Below, piece after piece: positions 36,507 through 45,168 of a stretch of DNA of 50,500 bases; the stretch's first letter is position 1; each line of letters opens with the position of its first letter. This DNA comes from a virus (lineage: Duplodnaviria > Caudoviricetes), in the IMG/VR virus record IMGVR_UViG_3300020202_000093, positions 1 to 50,500 of that record, one strand, 5' to 3'. Made by a program: the position numbers and the translations under genes. Under the pieces are notes generated by a model. It was not told the DNA's origin, did no database searches, and worked only from the letters and a program-made list of their open reading frames with translations.

Positions 36507-37409
36507 TTAAGCGGCCTTTGCCGGCGCTGCATAGCGCGCTGCGGCCTTGTCGAAGGCCAAGCCTAGCTTGGTGGCTCGGTCATGCAGGAGAGCCGCTACG
36601 GTCTTCCCAGCGGCCTTGGCGTCGACGATGGCGGCGTTGATCGAGTCGGCATCTTCCATGCCGGCAATGTCCGCGCGCCAGCGCTCGAGCGTTTCCTGCG
36701 CTGCGCGCTGTTCTTCGGTCAGCGTGTTGAGCCGATCCTTGGTCTGCTGGATTACGCTGGCGAGGAAGCCGGCGAACTCCGGGCGGTCGCAGTGCGGAAT
36801 CTGCAACGCTTCCAGCTGGCCAGGATTCTTCCCGAACGCCGCATCGCTCGGTGAGAAATTCAGGACGCGCTGACCGTTTCGGATCGTGATCCGCCCCATC
36901 GCATCAGCTGCTTTGTAAATCTCGCCTTTGCTGCCGCCCTGAACGTCGAGCCGTTCAATCACTTCGTCGCCGTTGCGCTGCTCGTCCATGTGCGCGATCA
37001 GTACGACATCCTTGCCGAAGCCGTTCAGCAGCTTGAGGAACGAGATGAACCGCGCCTTGAGTTCGCCGAAGCCCTGCAGCGTCAGTGCGCCGCCGCGTCC
37101 CAGCTTCGCGTTCCCGCGAATAATGTCGGCGGCTAGAACGTCAAGCGCTCTGCCGGCCGTGTCCATGATAATGGTCTGAAAGTCGGCCAAGTCGTCCGCG
37201 GTGATGTTTGCGACATCTTCCCAGCGATCGACCAGCACAGCGTCTTTGCGGCCGTGTGCGCGATGCGCACCGCGGTCGAAGTCAAGCAGCAGCGGGCGAT
37301 CTGCGGTGAAGGCGAGGGAGGTCTTGCCCAGCCCTGGTGGGCCATAGATGACGATGTTCAGGCGATCGACGCGGATCGGGTCTGCGGCGCGGACGATTCG
37401 GAGGGACAT
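36507..37409 (-). CDS. Sak4-like (AAA_24) recombination ATPase
   Basis: IYGPPGLGKTSLA, LLLDFDRG, TIIMDT and VVLIAH motifs. Confidence 0.85.
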   Translation of the reverse strand: MSLRIVRAADPIRVDRLNIVIYGPPGLGKTSLAFTADRPLLLDFDRGAHRAHGRKDAVLVDRWEDVANITADDLADFQTIIMDTAGRALDVLAADIIRGNAKLGRGGALTLQGFGELKARFISFLKLLNGFGKDVVLIAHMDEQRNGDEVIERLDVQGGSKGEIYKAADAMGRITIRNGQRVLNFSPSDAAFGKNPGQLEALQIPHCDRPEFAGFLASVIQQTKDRLNTLTEEQRAAQETLERWRADIAGMEDADSINAAIVDAKAAGKTVAALLHDRATKLGLAFDKAAARYAAPAKAA

Positions 37410-37429
37410 GATTGATTCCTGTGTTGGGG

Positions 37430-37608
37430 TGGATGCGGGCCGGTCGCTAGCCGGCGTCCTTGTACTTCGGGCGGACTCGGGTTCCCAAGGTTGCGTGCAC
37501 CCTACGGAGCACTCCCGACCTCGATGCGCGGGTTCAGCGGGAGCCCCCACCTATGCCGTCATCCGTGTCTGTAGTCCCGCGTGTCTGCATATCCACGCCG
37601 CCGCATCC
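37430..37608 (-). ncRNA. tRNA-like structured RNA element (not a canonical tRNA)
   Basis: 8-bp closing stem, a 5-bp D-like arm, and a 5-bp/7-nt T-like arm stacked on the closing stem; fills the intergenic gap. Confidence 0.5.
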
Positions 37609-37616
37609 GTTGATCG

Positions 37617-38117
37617 TTACGCCGCTTGCTGCAGTTCAGCCACTGGCGGGAGGACGCTGAGTTCGATGTCGCGCTGCTGCAGGCTGCACAGCACGCCCTG
37701 CTCGTGGACGTCGGGATGGACCGCAGCCGAGAACGTGATCGCAACCGAGCCGCCTTCGAGCGGTTCGATGACGAAGCGCTTCAGCGTCGCGGCCTCGAAC
37801 GTCAGCACGTCGGACAAATCCAGCCCTGTGTGGATTTCGAGGCGATAGCCCGGCCACTCATCCTGCAGGCGCAACGGTTCCAGGCGCGGGAACCGAACTG
37901 CGGTCAATTGCTCAGGATCAAGCAGGTCTTGCTGGTCGCCGAGACGCGGCTTGCGAAACAGTGCGGCGCGCAGTTCCGGGTCGATCGAATCGAGGATGCC
38001 GCTGTTCGCATGGAGTTCGAACTTGATATCGCCGGCATCTTCGAGTTCGTCGCCGCAGCGTTCCTTGCGCGGGTTATAGTTCGCGAGCTTGGTCTTGACT
38101 TTCGTCAGCTCGAACAT
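37617..38117 (-). CDS. Conserved phage hypothetical protein
   Basis: YNPRKERCGDE...DIKF...LDSIDPELRAALF...EPLEGGSV. Confidence 0.75.
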   Translation of the reverse strand: MFELTKVKTKLANYNPRKERCGDELEDAGDIKFELHANSGILDSIDPELRAALFRKPRLGDQQDLLDPEQLTAVRFPRLEPLRLQDEWPGYRLEIHTGLDLSDVLTFEAATLKRFVIEPLEGGSVAITFSAAVHPDVHEQGVLCSLQQRDIELSVLPPVAELQQAA

Positions 38118-38121
38118 GGCG

Positions 38122-38352
38122 TTAGCCCTCGGCCTGCGATTCGGTTGCCGGCTCGTCGACAGCCTTCTCGATCTCGACACCAGCGCGGGCCAGATCGAAC
38201 ACCGCCGATTGATTCGCGACACTGACGACGAAGCGGCTGCGCGCGGCGAAGTTCAGCGCTTGCTGTTTGTTCGCTGCGCTGATCAGGCGCGGCTTGGCGT
38301 CAAGCGTCAGCTTGTCCTGTACGGCGTAGAGTCGGGTGGTTGCGTTTCTCAT
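38122..38352 (-). CDS. Hypothetical protein
   Basis: RLYAV...RLISAANKQQAL...GVEIE; SD AGGAG. Confidence 0.7.
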   Translation of the reverse strand: MRNATTRLYAVQDKLTLDAKPRLISAANKQQALNFAARSRFVVSVANQSAVFDLARAGVEIEKAVDEPATESQAEG

Positions 38353-38715
38353 TGGTGCTCCTGTGGGGCGGGGAAAAGCGGAACCAGAGATCGGCTCCGC
38401 GGGATCGGAAGGTGAGTCAGCCGAGGTGGCAGGGTGCTCAGAGCGGCCTGTATACGCGTTCCGGCCTTTGCCCTTAGTGCATGCTCCGGGTCGCGCGCCA
38501 AGCCTGTCCTACGCAGTTGCAGGCGGTATGCCGCGGTTCGGTCAATAACGGTTGTGCTCATGCCGGCTTCCACGTCCAACTACGCGCATGTCCTGCTCGG
38601 CCGTGCCGGTTCCATTCGCGAAGCACGACGCCTGCCGCTTGTTCGGGGGTGCGCGCCCATGCGAGGGACTCGTACGTCTTGCCTGTGCTTAGGTTGAGCG
38701 TGATGCGATAGGCGT

Positions 38716-38979
38716 TCACGCGGCCCCCGGTAGATCGTCGCTGCCGATGTTGATCGCTGCATCCACGGCACGCCGAGCAGCGCGATCAACCGTCTCGCCA
38801 GCGCGGAAGAACTTGGCAGCGGCACGTGACGCGCCGCAGGCGAGGGCACGGCATCCGTACTGGATCATCCGGTTGTGCGCTATTCGCCGAGCGGCGAACT
38901 CGCGAGCTTCCTGCAGTTCGTACGGACCAGGGCCTGCATTGGCGTTGGCGGGGCGGAGCAGGGGGACGATCGTGCTCAT
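38716..38979 (-). CDS. Hypothetical protein
   Basis: ATGA-coupled in the early-left operon. Confidence 0.55.
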   Translation of the reverse strand: MSTIVPLLRPANANAGPGPYELQEAREFAARRIAHNRMIQYGCRALACGASRAAAKFFRAGETVDRAARRAVDAAINIGSDDLPGAA

Positions 38980-39314
38980 CCTTTTTTCCTCAGTGATGCA
39001 GCGTTGATCAGTTCACGAACTGCCTTCTTTTGTTGAATCGGCCACCTGAGATACGTCGAGACTCGCTTTGAAGACCAGTCGAATTGATCTATGAGCGATT
39101 CAGCGAGCGTTGTGGCGGCGCTAATGGAAGGGAGATAGCGGTCAATTGCGTATCCGGTCGACACGTGCGTTAGGGTCAGGCACGTTGGGTCGCCGATGGT
39201 CTGGTGTATGGCGACCGGTCCTACGTATTTCGCTACTTCGACGCTTCGAATACTCGACCGTCTGCGGTTGATCGGCGAAAGCGTGCACACCTCGATATAT
39301 TTCGGCGTGCTCAT
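38976..39314 (-). CDS. Hypothetical protein
   Basis: AIHQ...TLTHVSTGY; coupled. Confidence 0.6.
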   Translation of the reverse strand: MSTPKYIEVCTLSPINRRRSSIRSVEVAKYVGPVAIHQTIGDPTCLTLTHVSTGYAIDRYLPSISAATTLAESLIDQFDWSSKRVSTYLRWPIQQKKAVRELINAASLRKKG

Positions 39315-39664
39315 GCGGCTTCCTCGAACAGGAACAGTCCGGTGCCGTCGCGATACTCACGAAGCAACTGCGCTTCAGCGATTTCGCGGCAATGCGAATC
39401 CAAAGCTGCGTCGAACTTCTGCGCGAACGGCAGCAAATCGCCGTTGCGCAGCAGGGTGTAAAGCTCGCCGGACGCCTCGCGGCTCATCTGGCTGTGCCAG
39501 TCGCCCATCAGCATGTCGACGGCATCGGAACTCAGGCGCGCTCGAATCTGCGCGGCTCGGGCAGAGACATAGGGCTGGATCGCTTCGTGCGCCGCGTCCT
39601 GCGTCGCTTCGGCGATGGTGCGGTCGGCGTAGGGCTGTTCGAGCCAGCGATCGTGTGCGCTCAC
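39311..39664 (-). CDS. Hypothetical protein
   Basis: HDRWLEQPY N-terminus; coupled at both ends. Confidence 0.6.
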   Translation of the reverse strand: MSAHDRWLEQPYADRTIAEATQDAAHEAIQPYVSARAAQIRARLSSDAVDMLMGDWHSQMSREASGELYTLLRNGDLLPFAQKFDAALDSHCREIAEAQLLREYRDGTGLFLFEEAA

Positions 39665-40161
39665 TGGCGCGCCCCCAACCAGCGGGACACTTCAGATGCT
39701 GCGCGTTTCGACAGCCAGATAGCCGTGTCATCGATCCATAGAGATCCGCCATCGACTCGGCAGCGGTTGCCGATCACGAACACAATCGAACAGATCATCT
39801 TGGTGCGCGACGTATACAGCCAGGCGTGATATCGGCAGCGGTCATGCCCGGTGTCGGTCAACGTCAGCGTATATCTGCCATAACAGAATCGCTGCTCGGC
39901 GCGCTCGCGAATCTTCGCCGGCACAGCGTTATCGACTTCCGCCAGGATCGCATCGCGCTCTGCGCCAGTCGCCAAGTAAGCGCCCGGATTCGCCGCCAGC
40001 GTCGCATCGATCATGGCGCGGCAGTCGCACACATGGAGCGGGCTGCCGTCCGCATCCATCACGACGGCCATATCGGTGTCGGGCGTGTACTCGACCTGCC
40101 CGAAGGGGATCTGGCGTGACCTAACGCCTGCGGCTCGCTGGGCAACAGTGAGCGCGCTCAT
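39661..40161 (-). CDS. Hypothetical protein
   Basis: ATGA-coupled at both ends. Confidence 0.55.
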   Translation of the reverse strand: MSALTVAQRAAGVRSRQIPFGQVEYTPDTDMAVVMDADGSPLHVCDCRAMIDATLAANPGAYLATGAERDAILAEVDNAVPAKIRERAEQRFCYGRYTLTLTDTGHDRCRYHAWLYTSRTKMICSIVFVIGNRCRVDGGSLWIDDTAIWLSKRAASEVSRWLGARQ

Positions 40162-40331
40162 GACGCGCTCCGCAGCGCCAACGCGATTCGGAGCAGATCA
40201 TTGGTCGGCTTGCCGAGTAGCGCGCTCATGGGCACGCCCTTGCGGTTCAGTCGGTGGCGAATCAGCACCCGCAGACGCGCCGTTCTCGGCCACAGCGGGC
40301 GGCGGTTCGGGGGGATCGTGAATACTCGCAT
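40158..40331 (-). CDS. First gene of the PL operon, hypothetical
   Basis: SD GAGG, ~40 nt downstream of PL. Confidence 0.5.
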   Translation of the reverse strand: MRVFTIPPNRRPLWPRTARLRVLIRHRLNRKGVPMSALLGKPTNDLLRIALALRSAS

Positions 40332-40371
40332 CGCCTCTTCCTCGTCCCGGCGGGGTAGGCCGGGTGAGGTA

Positions 40372-40414
40372 AGCATCACATAGCGTGATACTGGCTGTCA
40401 ACACGTAGCGTGAT
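40372..40414 (-). promoter_or_regulatory. PL promoter with operators OL1/OL2
   Basis: TTGACA on the minus strand (40401-40396) with a GATGCT -10; 15-bp dyads ATCAC-ATAGC-GTGAT (40375) and AACAC-GTAGC-GTGAT (40400). Confidence 0.75.
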
Positions 40415-40580
40415 ATTTCGGCGTAGACTCATCCTACCCCCGCCATCCCGGCGGTCAGGAGAGGGTCATGCAGGTGAACAAGTCAGGGCGGCATCTGGCG
40501 CCGCCGAATCGCCGGAATCCGATCAGGATGTGAGCTGAAACAGCGCTTCTCGGTCTTAACGCCTTCTCTACCGAGCATTG

Positions 40581-40678
40581 CCTGCATCACCTGCGTGAAG
40601 TTCGCTCACCTGCATCGCCTGCTGAAGAATGTTGCGCCTGCATCACCTGCAGATTTATCATGCGCCTGCATGCCCTGC
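40581..40678 (+). repeat. Four 14-bp direct repeats CCTGCAT(CA/CG/GC)CCTGC with an exact 28-bp period
   Basis: Copies start at 40581, 40609, 40637 and 40665, immediately upstream of the ParA ATG. Confidence 0.85.
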
Positions 40679-40688
40679 AGGAATCAAC

Positions 40689-41741
40689 ATGGCGAACATC
40701 AGTAGCAAGCTAGACAAGGTACTTGCAACGCACACCCGAGTCGTAGAGAACGGTCTGGTTTCTCCAGGCAACCCATTGAAATATAAGAACTATGCGATCT
40801 CGACGCTTCGAGGCGGTGTTGGGAAGTCAACGCTGGCCTTCAACCTGGCCCACGAAATTTCTCGATTGCGGCCAATCCTCGTCGCTGATTTGTGCGCGCA
40901 GTGCAACCTTACCGAAACGCTGCGCCGAGACAGCGAGAATGAGGTGACGGTGCTGAGTGCGCTCCAGCCGAAGCTGCTCGGCCCTGCGTTCGGAGATGCT
41001 CCGTCCGACTTGTCTTACCGGATCAGCAACACTTGTGACGCCTTCAAGACGGCCAAGCCGAGCTACCTGATCCCTGGCGATGCGCAGATGTTCGCGTTCC
41101 CGTCGACGATGTATCAGCAGCTCCAGATCGCGAACGCGCAGGAGAATCCTCTGGCCGTAAAAAGGCTGCTGGAGTCGCTGAAGTCGGTCCTAGACCACGA
41201 AGCAAAGGAAAAGGGCGCAGCCGGGGTCCTGATGGATACCAGCCCGTTCTATGCGGGTGGCACTCATTTGGCATGGTGCGCGGCGGACGCGCTGATCATT
41301 CCGGTGCGCGTCGACGAGCACTCCATCGACTCACTGGAGTTGACTCTAGAGTTGCTGACCAATCCAACCAAGGACTTCCAGGTCTGGAATCTACGCGCAG
41401 GTGGGCGGCCGACACCGAAGGTCGCGGCCATTGTCATGACAATGGTTGGGTCCAAGAGTCAGCTGCGCGCAACACCGGACAAAGCGTCGCGCATGTACGT
41501 CGAGCGGGCGCTGGAAATCGCGCACAAGTACCCGCACGCATTCGATCATCTCGACCCATCGGATGCCTTCGTGATTACTGACGATTTCGTGTCATCTGGT
41601 CGTATCAGCGGCGCCAAGAGCATTCCGATTTCTAAGCTCAAAGTTGGCAGCTTCCACATGGTGGATAACCGTCGACTACAGGTGAATGCATCTGCCGAAC
41701 GGTATCAGCGCGAGCTGGCGTACCTCGTCAGCATAATTTGA
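40689..41741 (+). CDS. Orphan ParA/MinD-family ATPase (moron)
   Basis: LRGGVGKS Walker A, ADLCAQCNLT, LMDTSP and ADALIIPV; has its own terminator; no ParB. Confidence 0.85.
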   Translation: MANISSKLDKVLATHTRVVENGLVSPGNPLKYKNYAISTLRGGVGKSTLAFNLAHEISRLRPILVADLCAQCNLTETLRRDSENEVTVLSALQPKLLGPAFGDAPSDLSYRISNTCDAFKTAKPSYLIPGDAQMFAFPSTMYQQLQIANAQENPLAVKRLLESLKSVLDHEAKEKGAAGVLMDTSPFYAGGTHLAWCAADALIIPVRVDEHSIDSLELTLELLTNPTKDFQVWNLRAGGRPTPKVAAIVMTMVGSKSQLRATPDKASRMYVERALEIAHKYPHAFDHLDPSDAFVITDDFVSSGRISGAKSIPISKLKVGSFHMVDNRRLQVNASAERYQRELAYLVSII

Positions 41742-41746
41742 TCTTA

Positions 41747-41777
41747 GCGGCCCAGCTTTTCTGGGCCGCCTTATTTT
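41747..41777 (+). terminator. Intrinsic terminator after the ParA gene
   Basis: GCGGCCCAG-ctttt-CTGGGCCGC followed by cttatttt. Confidence 0.7.
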
Positions 41778-41883
41778 CCTTACAGTGTTGACGATCAGTG
41801 AAGGCGAGGCCGTAGACCTCGCCGGGTGATTACTTCCACAACGCTGATCAGAGTCAACGCCCGCTCGAAGAGGTGGCCGCGGG

Positions 41884-42591
41884 TCATTCGGCAAAGTTGT
41901 CGATCTGGCCATCTGCGTAGAGCACCTTTCGGGGGAACAGGACGGTGCGAAGGCTTTGCAGATCAGCGTTCCTCAGCTTCGTGTGCTCCGGCTTGAATTG
42001 GTTGAAATCAAGCTCGCCATCCCATTTCAGTTCACCACGCGCCGGCACGGGGTCGTTGATCTCAACCTTCGCTGAGATGACCTCGTTACCAAGTAGATCC
42101 TCGAATCTGAGAACTCCATCGAACGCACGCAAAGCACGGTCCGAACTGTTTCGGAAGGTGACAGCGAATTCAACCGCGTCAGAAATGGACGGCGTGGCTG
42201 TGTAATCGCTAGGTCGCCATCGCTTCGATATCAGTGTCGCCGTTATGAATTGCGCCGGCTTAGTCGGCGCAGGCGGCAGGGCTGGTGCTGAAGTGCGAGG
42301 CGAATAATCCAGTCCAGGAAAAGCGCTCACCAATGCCTGCCGCATCTCGTACTTGATGTGCTCTCGGCCCGCGAAATACCCGGCAATGAAGATCGCGAGG
42401 AAGATGGCGCCTTTTCGGATGATCGGAATTGGTATCTCCACTGATTGCCTGGCCTTTGCCGGGGCTGCGCTTGTTGTTCTCAGCCGAGCCTCTTCGACAC
42501 GAGTGTAGATCGCGCCGCACTTCGGGCACGCAGCAAGCGGATCGTCGGCGACGTCGGCCTCGTGGCTGCACTTCAGGCATTTCTTGTGCAT
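41884..42591 (-). CDS. Zinc-ribbon plus single-TM membrane protein downstream of cI (lysogenic conversion/exclusion candidate)
   Basis: CLKC...CPKCG, TM AIFLAIFIAGYFAG, periplasmic Ig-like domain. Confidence 0.7.
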   Translation of the reverse strand: MHKKCLKCSHEADVADDPLAACPKCGAIYTRVEEARLRTTSAAPAKARQSVEIPIPIIRKGAIFLAIFIAGYFAGREHIKYEMRQALVSAFPGLDYSPRTSAPALPPAPTKPAQFITATLISKRWRPSDYTATPSISDAVEFAVTFRNSSDRALRAFDGVLRFEDLLGNEVISAKVEINDPVPARGELKWDGELDFNQFKPEHTKLRNADLQSLRTVLFPRKVLYADGQIDNFAE

Positions 42592-42686
42592 GGCTGTCCC
42601 CCCTGAAGGGCCAGCCGGCGCAGCTTCGTCCTACTCTCTACTCGGTAGGCCGCGAGTGCCCGAAGGCGATGGCTGCCGGTGGCCGA

Positions 42687-43355
42687 TTAAGACCAGGGCC
42701 GGTTCTCCCAACTGCCGATCCAGCGCACCCGGCCCAGGATGCTGATCGGATGTCGCTCATCATCCATCTTCCGCGGCTTGCGCCAGTTATGGTCGCCCGC
42801 CGGGTTGAGTGCGTCGAAATACACGTCGTCGCCGAACATTCGGCATCGCTTGACACTGTACTCGGTGCCATTGATGCCAGGGCAGCAGATTACGAACAGA
42901 TACTCGTCCATCGGGCGAGTGTCGGCCATGTCAAACATGATTGCGTCGCCGGGCTGGATGCGCGGCAGCATCGAATCGCCCTTGCCGTACATGATCGCTA
43001 ATGAACTTGGCCGCAAGCGTTGCCTAGCGAGGCTCTCGGCGCGGAACTTCAGCTTGTGTGTCTCGGCCCACTCCTGAGCCTCTTCACCGTCGCCAAGGCC
43101 GACCGCCTGCGCGTAGCCGAGCACGTTGTCCCAGTCCTGATCGTCATTGGCTGCGGTCTCTCCGAACAGTTCGCCAATACCGCACTGGAGTTCAGCAGCG
43201 ATTTTTAAAATGTCTGGCAGCCGCGGTTTGCGGGTGTGGTTCTCATAGTTGCTGATCCGGCTCTGATTAGGGAACCCGCAGGCAAGCGCCAATTGCTCCT
43301 GGGTCACGCCCTTGGCTTCCCTGATGCGCTTGAGGTAGTGGCCGAACTTCAGCAT
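42687..43355 (-). CDS. cI: CI-like repressor (HTH_3 plus S24 peptidase)
   Basis: TQEQLA...QSRISNYE HTH; GDSMLPRIQPGD and SVKR catalytic motifs. Confidence 0.92.
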   Translation of the reverse strand: MLKFGHYLKRIREAKGVTQEQLALACGFPNQSRISNYENHTRKPRLPDILKIAAELQCGIGELFGETAANDDQDWDNVLGYAQAVGLGDGEEAQEWAETHKLKFRAESLARQRLRPSSLAIMYGKGDSMLPRIQPGDAIMFDMADTRPMDEYLFVICCPGINGTEYSVKRCRMFGDDVYFDALNPAGDHNWRKPRKMDDERHPISILGRVRWIGSWENRPWS

Positions 43356-43360
43356 GGCCT

Positions 43361-43432
43361 GATTGCGTCACAGAGCGTGATATCTGTCTAACACGATCCG
43401 TGTTGACATTCGGCATCACGTAGCGTGATGAT
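43361..43432. promoter_or_regulatory. OR region: three 15-bp operators with PR and putative PRM
   Basis: Dyads at 43367, 43390 and 43415 match the OL consensus; TTGACA at 43403; TAGACA on the minus strand at 43390-43385. Confidence 0.8.
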
Positions 43433-43438
43433 TACGCA

Positions 43439-43663
43439 ATGAACGCTCTTGACCGTGCCATTTCGATCCTTGGCGGTGTTTCGCAGCTGGCGGCTGCCAT
43501 CGGTGCGAAACAGAACGTCGTCAGCAACTGGCGCATACGCGGCCAGGTTCCGTCTGATCGCTGCATCGCCATCGAGCGCGCCACCGCAGGCGCCGTGACC
43601 CGGTACGAGCTGAGGGCTGACGTCTTCGGCGAGCCGCCGTCTGCTGACCGCGAGGCGGCGTAG
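43439..43663 (+). CDS. cro: Cro-like (YdaS) regulator
   Basis: GGVSQLAAAIG..QNVVSNW..RG.VP...C.AIERAT.G.VT..ELR.DVF; divergent from cI. Confidence 0.9.
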   Translation: MNALDRAISILGGVSQLAAAIGAKQNVVSNWRIRGQVPSDRCIAIERATAGAVTRYELRADVFGEPPSADREAA

Positions 43664-43942
43664 ATGCTCCCGCCGATCTTCCACCCCGCGACGTTGCTCG
43701 GTGTCGGCCGACCGCCGGATGAATTGGGTGTCGTCGGCTTGGCGTTGCAGACCGATCGCGGCGATGTGGCGCGGTTCTCGCTCTCGCTCAACGAGGCACA
43801 GCGCATTGCGCTCGCCTTGCTCGACGCCGAAGCGATGCAGCGGCATCGCGCTGCGCTGCATGAAGTTCAGCGGCACCAATCCTCGATCGAGTCCGGGCAA
43901 CCCAACAGCGAGGGGTCGCCGCCCGCGACCCAAGGCGTATGA
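43664..43942 (+). CDS. Hypothetical protein
   Basis: Starts immediately after the cro stop. Confidence 0.5.
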   Translation: MLPPIFHPATLLGVGRPPDELGVVGLALQTDRGDVARFSLSLNEAQRIALALLDAEAMQRHRAALHEVQRHQSSIESGQPNSEGSPPATQGV

Positions 43943-44079
43943 CCGCCAGTCAATTGATCGCATGCCTGCTGAGCCGTGGGGAACGGACCGTCGAAGCAGT
44001 CGTCGTCCAGCCAGAGCATCCAGCCGCGGCTGTCTCGAATGATTCGCATCATTCCTGCGCGCGTTTTGAACCAGAACAT
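43867..44079 (-). CDS. Antisense moron-like ORF 1
   Basis: SD GGAG in a hairpin leader; W.L..DD...GPF.T.Q.A...PDSIEDW. Confidence 0.6.
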   Translation of the reverse strand: MFWFKTRAGMMRIIRDSRGWMLWLDDDCFDGPFPTAQQACDQLTGGHTPWVAGGDPSLLGCPDSIEDWCR

Positions 44080-44183
44080 GGGGGCTCCCGGTATGTGGAT
44101 TGACTGGCGTCAAGAAGCATATCGCGGAGCCCCCGCCCGCACAGTCGGCGCGCCGCCGGCCCATGGCCGCGAGGCGGCTTGAT

Positions 44184-44399
44184 ATGTCGCCCGAGCAGAG
44201 CGACGTGCTTGCCGCTATTGCGGCTGACTGGGACCAGGTGGTTGCCCAGCGCAATGCCGAACGTAAGGGACAAGTGCGGCGTGATAGGCGCCGAGCATTT
44301 CGGGCTGCTCTAGCAGTCCTGGCATGCGTGTTGGTATCGCTGCTCCCGACGCTTCTATGGCTGTTCGCAGGGCTGGCTTGTTGGGGTGCGTCTCGATGA
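44184..44399 (+). CDS. Small membrane protein overlapping antisense ORF 2
   Basis: Follows GCGGCTTGATATG; hydrophobic C-terminus. Confidence 0.4.
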   Translation: MSPEQSDVLAAIAADWDQVVAQRNAERKGQVRRDRRRAFRAALAVLACVLVSLLPTLLWLFAGLACWGASR

Positions 44400-44460
44400 G
44401 CGCATGCAGCACTGCTGACATAGCTGCGCAGCGCACGAGTAGCGCGTCGTATGCGTCCAT
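44215..44460 (-). CDS. Antisense moron-like ORF 2
   Basis: SD GGAG in a hairpin leader; LHALIETHPNK.AL. Confidence 0.6.
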   Translation of the reverse strand: MDAYDALLVRCAAMSAVLHALIETHPNKPALRTAIEASGAAIPTRMPGLLEQPEMLGAYHAALVPYVRHCAGQPPGPSQPQ

Positions 44461-44628
44461 GGCGTTCTCCGGCGGTGTGGTTGGTGGGGTCGCATCCCCA
44501 GCCTACCGCCGGAGCATCGCTTTCGGTATCGGAGCGGCTTGATATGGCCTGCACCTGCGCGCCGTTCACCGACTGCAACTGCGTTGCCGGTGAACCGACG
44601 CTGTTCTCGATAACGGTCGAGGACTCGT

Positions 44629-44847
44629 CTATTGTCGTGATTCGGGATCCCGACGCTCTAGCTCTGCAATCGTTTCCGCCAGCTCGGCCAGGAACTTCTT
44701 GGCTAAGCCGTGCTGCATCCACACTGGCTTCATTGTTCGCTCGCTTCCGTCGTCGGTCTGCACCGTGAACTGGACAGCGATACCGCGATCGGGCTGCGTC
44801 ACTTTGCCAACGGCAAAGCTCTTGACGCCCCATGCCTTCAAATCCAT
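44629..44847 (-). CDS. Antisense moron-like ORF 3
   Basis: SD GGAG in a hairpin leader; protein-like composition. Confidence 0.6.
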   Translation of the reverse strand: MDLKAWGVKSFAVGKVTQPDRGIAVQFTVQTDDGSERTMKPVWMQHGLAKKFLAELAETIAELERRDPESRQ

Positions 44848-45168
44848 GACGGTCTCCGGTGGTGTGGTCGGTGGTGTGGCGCTGCCAGCCTATCACCGGC
44901 AGACCGTCGCCCTTATGCCGGCCAGCAGCGCTACCTCTCGGCGCGCCTCCCCCCTTCGCGTTCGAGCCTGGCTGCTGGCCGGCTCCCCCTTGCTGCCGCC
45001 CCGCACCGACCCGCTCAAGAGCGGACGCCGGTATGCAGCTCACCGTGAGGCTCGCGGGGCGGCGGCATTTCTCATCTGCGCGCGAAATTTTCATGGCCTG
45101 AGCATGCGCGCTTCCTCGCGTCCCGCAGTGGGACGCAGTGGGATCACAACGTCCCAAGGATTCCCCAC

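Noticed and set aside
37430-37608. Functional tRNA or tmRNA gene
   Set aside because: There is no TTC loop, no canonical anticodon arm, no encoded CCA after the discriminator and no obvious tag ORF; kept only as tRNA-like.
34800-40330. Further attC sites in the rest of the early-left operon (for example AACTAC at 35041 and 38578)
   Set aside because: No matching L boxes or R' at attC spacing were found by eye; a covariance search could still find degenerate ones.
40468-40533. 21-codon ORF with an AGGAGAGG SD upstream of the ParA repeats
   Set aside because: Too short to support without conservation data.
40581-40678. Mini-CRISPR array
   Set aside because: 14-bp repeats with 14-bp spacers are too short, and there are no cas genes.
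45124-45143. Tandem CGCAGTGGGA x2 upstream of the cII-like gene
   Set aside because: It could be a binding site, but two copies alone are insufficient evidence.
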